NCBI GenBank assembly: GCA_963720755.1
Contig: CAVRGP010000015.1
Coordinates: 256,001 to 320,000 of the forward strand
From: an uncultured Chloroflexia bacterium
GTDB lineage: Bacteria > Chloroflexota > Limnocylindria > Limnocylindrales > CSP1-4
Direction: 5' to 3'
Length of the DNA stretch: 64,000 bases
Numbering within the stretch: the first letter of the stretch is position 1; each line of letters opens with the position of its first letter. The notes under the pieces are model-generated. The model did not search any database. It was not told the DNA's origin and worked only from the letters and a program-made list of their open reading frames with translations. Positions 1-8,865 of the stretch are shown one piece after another. A program made the position numbers and the translations under genes.

Positions 1-363
1 TCGTCCCGGGCACAGGCCCGGACGGTTGCGCTCGAGTCACTCCACCTCGTCGGTCTCCGCGACCGGGCGGGTCACCGCCCGGCCGAGCTGTCGGGTGGTG
101 AGCAGCAGCGTGTCGCCATCGCCCGGGCGCTCGTCAACCGGCCGCGCCTGGTCATCGGGGACGAGCCGACCGGCAACCTCGACAGCGCCCGGTCGGCTGC
201 GGTCCTCGGACTGTTGCGTCGACTGAACCGTGAGTCGGGTCAGACCTTCATCATCGTGACCCACGATCCCGCGGTCGGGGCGGCCTGCGACCGGACGATC
301 CGGATGCGGGACGGACGCGTCCTCACCGACGTCGATGCCGCCGAGCTTGCGATAGCCTCCTGA
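1..363 (+). CDS. ABC transporter ATP-binding protein (LolD/MacB-like), 5'-truncated
   Basis: Frame +1 reads [15 protein letters not shown]...[11 protein letters not shown]...IIVTHD (signature, Walker B, H-loop); TGA at 361-363. Not in the ORF track. Confidence 0.9.
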   Translation, partial: SSRAQARTVALESLHLVGLRDRAGHRPAELSGGEQQRVAIARALVNRPRLVIGDEPTGNLDSARSAAVLGLLRRLNRESGQTFIIVTHDPAVGAACDRTIRMRDGRVLTDVDAAELAIAS

Positions 364-378
364 CCGCGCTCGGCGACG

Positions 379-409
379 CGCCCGGGTCCGGCACTGCCGG
401 ACCCGGGCG
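379..409. terminator. GC-rich perfect inverted repeat, probable intrinsic terminator without U-tract
   Basis: CGCCCGGGTCCGGCA-C-TGCCGGACCCGGGCG starts 16 nt after the ABC gene stop. Confidence 0.55.
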
Positions 410-499
410 TTGCCATGTGGTCAAGGCGCGGGTCAGCATGCAGGCGCGGTCGCTGGACACCCATGAACCGCTCGCGCCCGATGGTGGGAAGATGGCTCG

Positions 500-1906
500 G
501 TGATGCAACGGATCGCGACCGTCGTCCTCGCCGCGGGGGTCGGGTCGCGGTTCGGGGGCGGGAAGGTGCTCGCCCGGCTCGGGGGGAAACCGCTCCTGCA
601 GCACGTCCTCGATACGCTGGCGGCGGCCGGGTTGACCGAGGTCGCGGTCGTGCTCGGCGACGACGCGCCGGCGGTCGAGTCCGCGATCTCCTGGCGGGCC
701 GAACGGCGGATCGTCAATCCGCGGCCGGATGACGGTCTGTCGAGTTCGCTCCGCCTGGGGATGGACATGGTCCGTGGCGACGCATCCGCCGTCTTGATCG
801 TTCTGGGCGACCAGCCGTTGCTCTCGGTCGACGTCATCGCGTCGCTCATCGGGGCCGCGGGGGACGAGGCCCGGCCGATCGTGGTGCCGGGGTTCGACCA
901 TGGGCGTGGACGAAATCCCGTTCTGATCGGGCGATCCGCGTTCGGCATCGTGGCCGACGCGACCGGCGACCGCGGGCTGGGTCCGATCATCGACGCCCAT
1001 CCCGACCGAGTGCTCGTCGTGCGCGTCCCGGGAGATAATCCGGACGTGGACACGCAAGCCGATCTTGCCAGCGTCGCCGAGGAGGCGTGGGCATCCCGGG
1101 TCCGGGCCAATCGCGATCAGGTCGATCGGGTGCGCGAGGTCCCCGACGGCACCGACTTCTATGCGCCCGTCAGTTCGATGTTCCGGGCCGACCCGACGAG
1201 GACTGACGACCCGGTCCTCGATCTCCTCCTCGGGATGACCCGACCGGGCAAATCCTGGCTCGACATCGGCGCTGGCGCCGGTCGATATGCCCTCCCGGTG
1301 GCGCGTGCGCTCGCTCCATCTGGTGGCCGGGTCATCGCGCTCGATGCGTCGGCGTCGATGCTCGGCGCCTTGCGAGAGATCGCCGAGGACCACGGGATCG
1401 AGAATGTCACGACGATCGAAAGTCGCTGGCCGCCGTCAGACCTTCGGCCCGCGGAACTCGCCGCCGATGTCGCCCTGATCGCCCACGTGGGATATGACAT
1501 CGAGGCGATCGGACCCTTCCTCGACGCGATGGAGGCGGCAGCGGGTCGCGCCTGCGTGGCGGTCATGATGGAGCAGATGCCGGCCTCGGCCGCCGATCCG
1601 TTCTGGCCCCCCGTGCACGGCGAGTCCCGAGCGGCCCTGCCCGCCCTGCCCGATCTGATCGACCTGCTCGTCGCTCGTGGGCGCCACCCGACCGTCCAGT
1701 GGGTGGCGGCCGAGACGCGCCGCTACGAATCCCGCGACTCGCTCGCCGCATTCGCGGTCCGTCAGCTCTGGATCGACCCGGCGGGCCCGAAGGGCGAGGC
1801 GCTGCGATCGACCCTCGACGACCTGGCCGTCGAGGACGATCAGGGGTGGACCATCCGCGGTCGCGGCCCGATCGATCTCGGGGTCGTCACCTGGGAACCG
1901 GGCTGA
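500..1906 (+). CDS. Fusion of MocA-like Mo-cofactor cytidylyltransferase (NTP_transf_3) and class I SAM-dependent methyltransferase
   Basis: N-terminal VLAAGVGSRFGGGK, LGDQP, GRNPVL, DVDTQADL; C-terminal WLDIGAGAGRY, ALDASASML; directly upstream of coxM. Confidence 0.8.
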   Translation: MMQRIATVVLAAGVGSRFGGGKVLARLGGKPLLQHVLDTLAAAGLTEVAVVLGDDAPAVESAISWRAERRIVNPRPDDGLSSSLRLGMDMVRGDASAVLIVLGDQPLLSVDVIASLIGAAGDEARPIVVPGFDHGRGRNPVLIGRSAFGIVADATGDRGLGPIIDAHPDRVLVVRVPGDNPDVDTQADLASVAEEAWASRVRANRDQVDRVREVPDGTDFYAPVSSMFRADPTRTDDPVLDLLLGMTRPGKSWLDIGAGAGRYALPVARALAPSGGRVIALDASASMLGALREIAEDHGIENVTTIESRWPPSDLRPAELAADVALIAHVGYDIEAIGPFLDAMEAAAGRACVAVMMEQMPASAADPFWPPVHGESRAALPALPDLIDLLVARGRHPTVQWVAAETRRYESRDSLAAFAVRQLWIDPAGPKGEALRSTLDDLAVEDDQGWTIRGRGPIDLGVVTWEPG

Positions 1907-1938
1907 CCGGCGGGTCGACCGGCACGACACGGTCTACG

Positions 1939-1968
1939 TTGACGCCCGGCTGATACCGGGTCGATACT
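1939..1968 (+). promoter_or_regulatory. Putative sigma70 promoter of coxMSL
   Basis: TTGACG (1939-1944), 18 bp, GATACT (1963-1968); about 150-nt leader ending in a GGAGGAGG SD before ATG 2121. Confidence 0.4.
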
Positions 1969-2120
1969 GTTCGGCAACGCTTCCCCCGAGTCGCGGACCC
2001 TCCTCCGTCGCTGTCAAGGACACCGCGAGGGACCGTGGTCGTCGCCAACCGCTCTGCGCCCATCCGGGCCGGATGGGCCGACATCGAACCCGCCCGCGGC
2101 GGGGAGGAGGTCCCAGCGCG

Positions 2121-2996
2121 ATGATTCCAGCCCAATTCGATTACGTCCGACCGGCGAATCTCGACGAGGTGTTGCGGATCCTCAAGGATCGGGAAGGGGA
2201 AGCGAAGATCCTGTCCGGGGGCTACAGCCTCCTGCCCCTGATCAAGCTCCGGCTCGCGCAGCCGGCCCTGCTCGTCGACCTCCGCGACATCGACGGCATG
2301 GACACCATCATCGAGACCGACGATGACCTGCGGATCGGGGGACGGGCGACCCATCGCCAGATCCACGAATCGGCGATCGTCGCCGACCACTACCCGCTTC
2401 TTCGCGACGTGACCGCGGTCATCGGCGATCCCCAGGTGCGCAACTGGGGCACGATCGGTGGGTCGGTCGCCCATGCCGATCCGGCCTCGGACTGGCCGGC
2501 CGTCCTCCTCGCGACGCGCGCCTCGCTGGTCTGTCGGAGCCAGGCGGGCGAGCGTACGGTCGCGGCGCGCGACTTCTTCGTCGACACGTTCCAGACCGCC
2601 ATCGAGCCGACCGAAGTGCTGACCGAGGTCCGGTTGCCCAGGCGCCCGCCGGGCGCCGGGGGCGCCTACGAGAAGCTGGAGCGCAAGGTCGGTGACTTCG
2701 CGACCGTCGCCGTGGCCGCGTTCGTCGCCCTCGGCCCGGATGGCCGGATCAAGCGGGCCGGGATCGGGATCACCGGTGTCGCCGAGGCGCCCTTCGCCGC
2801 GACCGATGCCGAGGCGGTCCTCGAAGGCAAGGCACCATCCGACGCCCTGTTCCGGGAAGCCGGTGCCGCCGCCGGGGAGCAGAGTCGCCCGTTCGGCGAT
2901 GTTCGCGGTCCGGTCGAGTACAAACGAGCGATGGCGGCCGAGTTGACGCTCAGAGCCCTTCGACGCGCCACCGAGCGCGCGCAAGCGTACGCGTAA
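2121..2996 (+). CDS. coxM: Aerobic CO dehydrogenase medium (FAD) subunit
   Basis: [11 protein letters not shown] start after SD; [42 protein letters not shown]. Confidence 0.92.
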   Translation: MIPAQFDYVRPANLDEVLRILKDREGEAKILSGGYSLLPLIKLRLAQPALLVDLRDIDGMDTIIETDDDLRIGGRATHRQIHESAIVADHYPLLRDVTAVIGDPQVRNWGTIGGSVAHADPASDWPAVLLATRASLVCRSQAGERTVAARDFFVDTFQTAIEPTEVLTEVRLPRRPPGAGGAYEKLERKVGDFATVAVAAFVALGPDGRIKRAGIGITGVAEAPFAATDAEAVLEGKAPSDALFREAGAAAGEQSRPFGDVRGPVEYKRAMAAELTLRALRRATERAQAYA

Positions 2997-3007
2997 GGAG
3001 GCCACCG

Positions 3008-3520
3008 ATGACGACCCAGCGCATTTCGGTCACGGTCAATGGCGAGACCCACGAATCGGACGTCGAGCCTCGCCTCCTGCTCGTCCACTACATCCGCGAC
3101 ACGCTCGGCCTGACCGGCACCCACGTCGGCTGCGACACGAGCAATTGTGGCGCCTGCACCGTCCACGTCGATGGGAACAGCGCCAAGTCCTGCACGATGC
3201 TCGCCGTCCAGGCCGATGGCCGGGAGATCACGACGATCGAGGGGATGGCCACCGAGCCGACGCTTCACCCGCTCCAGCAGGCCTTCTGGGATCAGCACGG
3301 GCTGCAATGCGGGTTCTGCACCCCGGGCATGATCATGCAGTCAGCCTGGCTCCTCGCCGAGAACCCCGACCCGACCGAGCAGGAGATACGTGAGGGCATC
3401 AGCGGCAACCTGTGCCGCTGCACGGGGTACGTGAACATCGTGAAGTCCATCCAGCAGGCGGCCGCGGAGATGGCCGCCGCCGCCGAGACCCAGACCGGTT
3501 CGCCGGTCGCGGCCGGCTGA
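3008..3520 (+). CDS. coxS: Aerobic CO dehydrogenase small (2Fe-2S) subunit
   Basis: [10 protein letters not shown] and QCGFCTPG...GNLCRCTGY cysteine motifs; AAGGAGG SD. Confidence 0.95.
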   Translation: MTTQRISVTVNGETHESDVEPRLLLVHYIRDTLGLTGTHVGCDTSNCGACTVHVDGNSAKSCTMLAVQADGREITTIEGMATEPTLHPLQQAFWDQHGLQCGFCTPGMIMQSAWLLAENPDPTEQEIREGISGNLCRCTGYVNIVKSIQQAAAEMAAAAETQTGSPVAAG

Positions 3521-3535
3521 GCGGGGAGTGACGAG

Positions 3536-5920
3536 ATGACGACACAGGCAGAGCCCCGTACCAGCGCCGCGATCGGTGGCATGGGTCACTCGGTCAAGCG
3601 CAAGGAGGACCCGCGGTTCATCCGCGGCCAGGGCGAATACATCGAAGACGTGAACCTGCCCGGCCAGTTGTGGCTGGACATCGTCCGCAGTCCGTATGCC
3701 CACGCCAAGATCAAGAGCATCGACGCATCCGAGGCCCTCAAGATCCCGGGCGTCGCCGCCGTCGTGACCGGCAAGGACCTGGAGGGCTACAAGCTCCACT
3801 GGATGCCGACGCTGGCGGGCGACATGCAGATGGTGCTCCCCGTGGACACCGTGATGTACCAGGCACAGGAGGTCGCGGCCGTCATCGCGACCTCCCGCTA
3901 CGCCGCCGCCGATGGTGTGGCCGCCGTCCTCGTGGACTACGAGCCGCTGCCGGTGATCGTGGACCCGTTCAAGGCGCTCGAGCCCGACGCGTTCGTCCTC
4001 CGGCCGGACCGTGGCCCGGACAAGCAGACCAACCATATCTGGCACTGGGAATCCGGCGACCGGGAGGCGACCGACGCCGATCTCGCCGCGGCCGAGGTCC
4101 ACCTCGAGCAGGACATCTATATCCCGCGGATCCACGTCGCCTCGATCGAGACGTGCGGCTGCGTGGCAGATTGGGATCCGGTCCGCGAGCAGCTCACCCT
4201 CCACATGACGTCACAGGCGCCCCACGCCATCCGGACGGTCCTGGCCCTCGTCGCCGCCGGAGCAGGCCTGCCGATCTCGGAGCAGAACATCCGGGTCAAG
4301 ACGCACGACATCGGCGGTGGCTTCGGGGGCAAGGTGCCGGTGTATCCGGGCTACGTCCTGGCCGTCGCCGCGTCATTCCTGACCGGAAAGCCGGTCAAGT
4401 GGATCGAGGATCGCTCGGAGAACCTCCAGGCTGACTCGTTCGCCCGCGACTACCACATGCACGTCGAGATCGGCGCGACCAAGGCCGGCAAGATCACCTC
4501 GCTCAAGGCGAAGACGATCGCCGACCACGGCTACACGGACGCGGCCGCGGACCCGTCCAAGTATCCGGCCGGCCTGTTCAACGTCATCACCGGGTCGTAC
4601 GACTTCCCGAACGCGTTCGTCGAGGTCGACGGCGTCTACACCAACAAGCCGCCTGGGGGCGTCGCCTACCGCTGCTCCTTCCGGGTGACCGAGGCGGTCC
4701 ACGCGGTCGAGCGGATCGTGGACATCCTGGCCCACGAGATCGGCAAGGATCCGGCCCAGCTCCGGATGGAGAACTTCATCCAGCCCGAGCAGTTCCCGTA
4801 CAAGACACCGACCGGCTGGTCGTACGACTCCGGGAACTACCCGGCGGCGCTCCAGCTGGCCATGGACATGATCGACTACCCCGGGCTTCGCAAGGAGCAG
4901 GCGGAGAAGCGCGCCAAGGGCGAGCTCATGGGCATCGGCATCAGCAGCTTCACCGAGATCGTCGGGGCCGGGCCGTCGCACGACTTCGACATCCTCGGCA
5001 TCAAGATGTTCGATTCGTGCGAGATCCGGGTCCACCCGACCGGCAAGGTCATCGCCCGGATCGGTGTCCAGTCCCAGGGCCAGGGCCACGAGACGACGTT
5101 CGCCCAGATCATCTCCGAGGAGCTCGGCTTCCCGGTCGGTGACATCAAGATCGAGTACGGCGACACGGACACGGCACCGTACGGCCTGGGCACCTACGCG
5201 TCGCGGTCGACGCCGGTCGCCGGGGCCGCGACGGCGATGGCCGCTCGCAAGATCCAGGCAAAGGCCCGGAAGCTTGCTGCGCACCTGCTCGAAGCCAACG
5301 AGGACGATCTCGAGTGGGAGCCCGGCAAGTTCAGCGTCAAGGGCTCGCCCGACCGCTTCAAGACGATCCAGGAGATCGCCTTCGCGGCCTACACCAACCA
5401 TCCGCAGGGGATGGAGGCCGGCCTGGAGGCGGTCGACTATTACGACCCGCCGAACCTGACCTTCCCGTTCGGTAGCTACATCTGCGTCGTCGATATCGAC
5501 AAGGGGACCGGCCAGGTCCACGTCCGTCGGTTCGTCGCCGTGGACGACTGCGGCAACATCATCAATCCGATGATCGTGGACGGCCAGATCCACGGCGGCC
5601 TGACCATGGGTCTCGCTCCGTCGCTGTACGAGCAGATCACCTACGACGAACTCGGCAACAACATGGCCGGCACGTTCATGGACTACCTCCTTCCGACCGC
5701 GGTCGAGGTCCCGTCATGGGAGACCGGCAAGACGACCACCCCGTCGCCGCATCATCCGATCGGTGCCAAGGGGGTCGGCGAGTCGGCCACGGTCGGGGCG
5801 CCGCCCGCCATCGCCAACGCGGTGGTGGACGCGCTCTGGCATCTCGGCGTTCGCAACGTCGACATCCCGATGACGCCCCAGAAGATCTGGGCCATCCTCC
5901 ACGAGAAGGGGATCAGTTGA
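3536..5920 (+). CDS. coxL: Form I aerobic CO dehydrogenase large (Mo-Cu) subunit
   Basis: Active-site loop AYRCSFR at 4664-4684 (form I AYxCSFR); RKEDPRF, GGGFGGK, QGQGHET, AKGVGES; MSL gene order. Confidence 0.96.
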   Translation: MTTQAEPRTSAAIGGMGHSVKRKEDPRFIRGQGEYIEDVNLPGQLWLDIVRSPYAHAKIKSIDASEALKIPGVAAVVTGKDLEGYKLHWMPTLAGDMQMVLPVDTVMYQAQEVAAVIATSRYAAADGVAAVLVDYEPLPVIVDPFKALEPDAFVLRPDRGPDKQTNHIWHWESGDREATDADLAAAEVHLEQDIYIPRIHVASIETCGCVADWDPVREQLTLHMTSQAPHAIRTVLALVAAGAGLPISEQNIRVKTHDIGGGFGGKVPVYPGYVLAVAASFLTGKPVKWIEDRSENLQADSFARDYHMHVEIGATKAGKITSLKAKTIADHGYTDAAADPSKYPAGLFNVITGSYDFPNAFVEVDGVYTNKPPGGVAYRCSFRVTEAVHAVERIVDILAHEIGKDPAQLRMENFIQPEQFPYKTPTGWSYDSGNYPAALQLAMDMIDYPGLRKEQAEKRAKGELMGIGISSFTEIVGAGPSHDFDILGIKMFDSCEIRVHPTGKVIARIGVQSQGQGHETTFAQIISEELGFPVGDIKIEYGDTDTAPYGLGTYASRSTPVAGAATAMAARKIQAKARKLAAHLLEANEDDLEWEPGKFSVKGSPDRFKTIQEIAFAAYTNHPQGMEAGLEAVDYYDPPNLTFPFGSYICVVDIDKGTGQVHVRRFVAVDDCGNIINPMIVDGQIHGGLTMGLAPSLYEQITYDELGNNMAGTFMDYLLPTAVEVPSWETGKTTTPSPHHPIGAKGVGESATVGAPPAIANAVVDALWHLGVRNVDIPMTPQKIWAILHEKGIS

Positions 5921-5951
5921 CCGACGGTCACGGGACCGACGGGACCACCTG

Positions 5952-6989
5952 ATGGACGGCTCGGTCTTCGCCAGGGCTGCCGAACTCGAGGCTGCGGGTC
6001 GATCGTTCGCGGTCGCGACCGTCGTCGCGGTCCGGCGGCCGACGTCTGCCCGTCCGGGCGCATCCGGGATCATCCATCCGGACGGAACGATCGAGGGCTG
6101 GGTCGGCGGGAGCTGTGCCCAGCCGGTGGTCGTCCGCGAGGCGCTTCGGGCGGTCGCGGATGGGCAGCCGCGCCTGCTCCGGCTGTCACGGGATGGCCCT
6201 GGCGAGGGTCGCCGCGCTGACGGGGTGATCGAGCTGGTCATGACCTGCCACTCGGGCGGCACATTGGAGATCTACGTGGAACCGCATCTACCCAAGCCCA
6301 TGCTGTGGGTCGTCGGCACGACCCCGATCGCCGGTGCCCTGGCCGGTCTCGGGTCGGCGGCGGGCTGGCAGGTGACCGTCATCGACCCGGTCGCCGACCC
6401 TGACGCGTTCCCGATGGCTCGCGTTCACCAGTCGGCCGATATCCGGGGACTGGACCCGGAAGCGACCCCGTACGTCGTGGTCGCGAGCCAGGGGATCTGG
6501 GACGAGGAGGCCGTCGGACTCGCCCTGACCCGGGATGTCGCCTACGTCGGTCTGGTGGCGTCGCCGACCCGGGCCGCCGTGGTCCGTGACTGGCTGCGTG
6601 AGGAAACCACGGTCGGTGACGACCGGATCGCCGCGTTACGAGCCCCGGCCGGTTTGGACCTTGGCGCCGAGACAGCCGAAGAGGTCGCCCTGTCCATCCT
6701 CGCCGAACTCGTCCAGGTTCGGCGCGGCCGCGCCGACTTCGTCGCCGCGCCCGGTCCCGCGACGATCGCCGGTGCGGCGGCCGCCACCGCCCCGATCGAG
6801 TCCGTGGTCGATGACATCGTCCTGCTCGATCCGGTCTGTGGCATGACCGTCGAGCGCGCCCACGCCCGCCACCTCGCCGAGCACGACGGCGTCGTCTACG
6901 CCTTCTGCTCGATCGGATGTCGGACCCGGTTCATCAAGGAGCCGGCCACGTTCCTGGAGGCGAACTCCTACTCATCGATGCACGACTGA
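5952..6989 (+). CDS. XdhC/CoxF-family Moco maturation factor with C-terminal YHS domain
   Basis: GWVGGSC, CHSGG, APAGLDLGAETAEEVALSILAE (XdhC); DPVCGMTV...YAFCSIGC (YHS). Confidence 0.88.
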   Translation: MDGSVFARAAELEAAGRSFAVATVVAVRRPTSARPGASGIIHPDGTIEGWVGGSCAQPVVVREALRAVADGQPRLLRLSRDGPGEGRRADGVIELVMTCHSGGTLEIYVEPHLPKPMLWVVGTTPIAGALAGLGSAAGWQVTVIDPVADPDAFPMARVHQSADIRGLDPEATPYVVVASQGIWDEEAVGLALTRDVAYVGLVASPTRAAVVRDWLREETTVGDDRIAALRAPAGLDLGAETAEEVALSILAELVQVRRGRADFVAAPGPATIAGAAAATAPIESVVDDIVLLDPVCGMTVERAHARHLAEHDGVVYAFCSIGCRTRFIKEPATFLEANSYSSMHD

Positions 6990-7007
6990 CCAGCAGCCGG
7001 AGGCTCC

Positions 7008-7454
7008 ATGCATTTCGAAGGTTCCGTTCCGATCAAGGCATCCCGCGATAAGGTCTGGGCCTTCGTCATCGACCCGGAACAGGTCGGGCAGTGCGGACCG
7101 GGCGTCGAGAAGATCGAGGTCGTCGATGCGACCCACTTCAAGGCGACGGCCAAGGTCGGCATCGGCTTCATCAGCGCCCGCTTCGTCGTGGACATGACCT
7201 TCGCCGAGCAGGAACCGCCGGATCGGGCTCTCATCAAGGCCCACGGCCAGGCACCCGGGAGTGCGGTGGATGCGACCGCGGAGATGCGTCTGTCGGACGG
7301 CCCGGACGGTGCCACGGTCATGGATTGGAACGCGGACGTGAACCTGTCGGGCACGCTGGCGAGCGTCGGCGCGCGACTGATCGAAGGGACCGCCACCAAG
7401 ATGATCGGCCAGACCTTCGACTGCATGCGGACGAAGCTCGAAACGCCGGCCTGA
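7008..7454 (+). CDS. coxG: CoxG (SRPBCC family)
   Basis: VWAFVIDPEQVGQCGPG, GTLASVGARLIEG; position in the cox cluster. Confidence 0.88.
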   Translation: MHFEGSVPIKASRDKVWAFVIDPEQVGQCGPGVEKIEVVDATHFKATAKVGIGFISARFVVDMTFAEQEPPDRALIKAHGQAPGSAVDATAEMRLSDGPDGATVMDWNADVNLSGTLASVGARLIEGTATKMIGQTFDCMRTKLETPA

Positions 7455-7476
7455 TCGCGGATCTGGATCGGTCACG

Positions 7477-8115
7477 GTGGAGCGCCTGCATCGGGTCGTC
7501 GGTCCGGCGTCGACCAACGTCCACATCCTTGCGGATCCGCGCTCACGCGAGGCGATCGCCATCGATACCGCGACGCCGTCGCTGGCATGGATCGCGGACG
7601 AGCTGGCCCAGCGGTCGTGGACGCTGAAGTTGATCGTGTCGACTCACGGTCACTGGGATCACATCGGGGACAACACGGCGGTGGCCACGGCGACCGGGGC
7701 AGAGATCGCCGTCCATCCGGCCGATCGACAACGGCTCACCGATCCGCAGCCCCTGTGGGCACCCTTCGAGATCGTGCCGTCCATCCCGGCCGTCGAGCTG
7801 GCAGAGGGCGGGTTCATCCGGTTCGGATCCATCCGACTCCGCGTCCTCCATACGCCTGGCCATACGGAGGGATCGGTCTGCCTGTCGGCCGATGACGACG
7901 GCCTGTTGTTCAGTGGCGACACCTTGTTCGAGGGTGGATGGGGTCGGATCGACCTGCCCGGTGGCAACGCGTTGGCCATGGCCGAGTCGATCACCCGTCT
8001 GGCCGGCCTCGAGGACCACGTCGGGGTCATGCCCGGCCACGGCAACGAGACGACGATCGGTCGCGAACGCGCCTGGATGGACCTGGTTCGCGACGGAGGC
8101 CGCCTCTTCGCCTGA
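7477..8115 (+). CDS. MBL-fold metallo-hydrolase (glyoxalase II-like)
   Basis: THGHWDHIG, HTPGHTEGS, FSGDTLF, PGHG motifs. Confidence 0.9.
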   Translation: MERLHRVVGPASTNVHILADPRSREAIAIDTATPSLAWIADELAQRSWTLKLIVSTHGHWDHIGDNTAVATATGAEIAVHPADRQRLTDPQPLWAPFEIVPSIPAVELAEGGFIRFGSIRLRVLHTPGHTEGSVCLSADDDGLLFSGDTLFEGGWGRIDLPGGNALAMAESITRLAGLEDHVGVMPGHGNETTIGRERAWMDLVRDGGRLFA

Positions 8116-8160
8116 TCGAACGCGGCGTCCACCCGGCGGGGCCAGGCGAGTCAGCGTCCG

Positions 8161-8194
8161 CGTTTGGTCCGCGTTTGTTCCCCGTCCGTAGGGT
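8161..8194 (+). promoter_or_regulatory. SARP/AfsR-type promoter: two 9-bp direct repeats ending 8 bp upstream of a -10 box
   Basis: CGTTTGGTC (8161-8169), CG, CGTTTGTTC (8172-8180), 8 bp, TAGGGT (8189-8194); 11-bp periodicity; no -35 hexamer seen. Confidence 0.7.
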
Positions 8195-8246
8195 CCGCAT
8201 CTCCGGCGCCCGTCAGCGTCGACGGGGATGCGAATCGGAGGGTGGC

Positions 8247-8840
8247 ATGCGACGGACCGTGATACTCACCATCGGGGCGATGCTGATCGTCGCCGCCTGC
8301 TCATCGAGTGGCAGTACCTCGGAGCCCGAGGCATCCTCGGCGCCAGGCGCCGGATCGTCCACGCCGGCGGTCCCGCCCGTGGCCAGCGTTCCAGGGGATC
8401 TTCCGAGCGTCGATCCGTCCGACCCGCTGGCCGGTTTCCGCGACAAGGACGCTACGGCGGTCGTCGTCATCGGCGATCAGCGCTATGAATTCAGCGGGCT
8501 CTATTGCGTGACCATGGGTGGCGCCCTCGGCGCCAAGAGTGTCGGCGGCGATCCGACCGTCAGCATCGACCTCCCGCCCCAGGATTGGGAGACATCGGCA
8601 GAGGGGTGGGACCCGCCGGCCGTCGTCGTGTCGATCGACGATCCGTATGCCAAGTACAGCGCCGACCCGCAGGCCGCCGAATACCTGACCAACATCAAGC
8701 CCGGCATGAGTCAGGTCGACAGCTTCACGACCGACGGCTATCAAGCCTCAGGGGCGGCTTCGTTCGTGGACGTCGCTGACTTCTCGTCGGGTCCCGTGTC
8801 GATCACAGGCACCTTCGAAGTCAGCTGTCCACGGCCCTAG
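8247..8840 (+). CDS. Lipoprotein with two-Cys beta-rich domain (LpqH-like)
   Basis: GGAGGG SD; MRRTVILTIGAMLIVAA-C lipobox; Ser/Pro linker; domain bracketed by LYCVT and GTFEVSC. Confidence 0.8.
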   Translation: MRRTVILTIGAMLIVAACSSSGSTSEPEASSAPGAGSSTPAVPPVASVPGDLPSVDPSDPLAGFRDKDATAVVVIGDQRYEFSGLYCVTMGGALGAKSVGGDPTVSIDLPPQDWETSAEGWDPPAVVVSIDDPYAKYSADPQAAEYLTNIKPGMSQVDSFTTDGYQASGAASFVDVADFSSGPVSITGTFEVSCPRP

Positions 8841-8865
8841 CGCGGCACCTACGAGAGGCTCCACG

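Noticed and set aside
1952-1967. GATAC direct repeat with 11-bp spacing in the cox promoter as a regulator site
   Set aside because: Only 5 bp in two copies, one of which overlaps the -10 itself; not distinguishable from chance.
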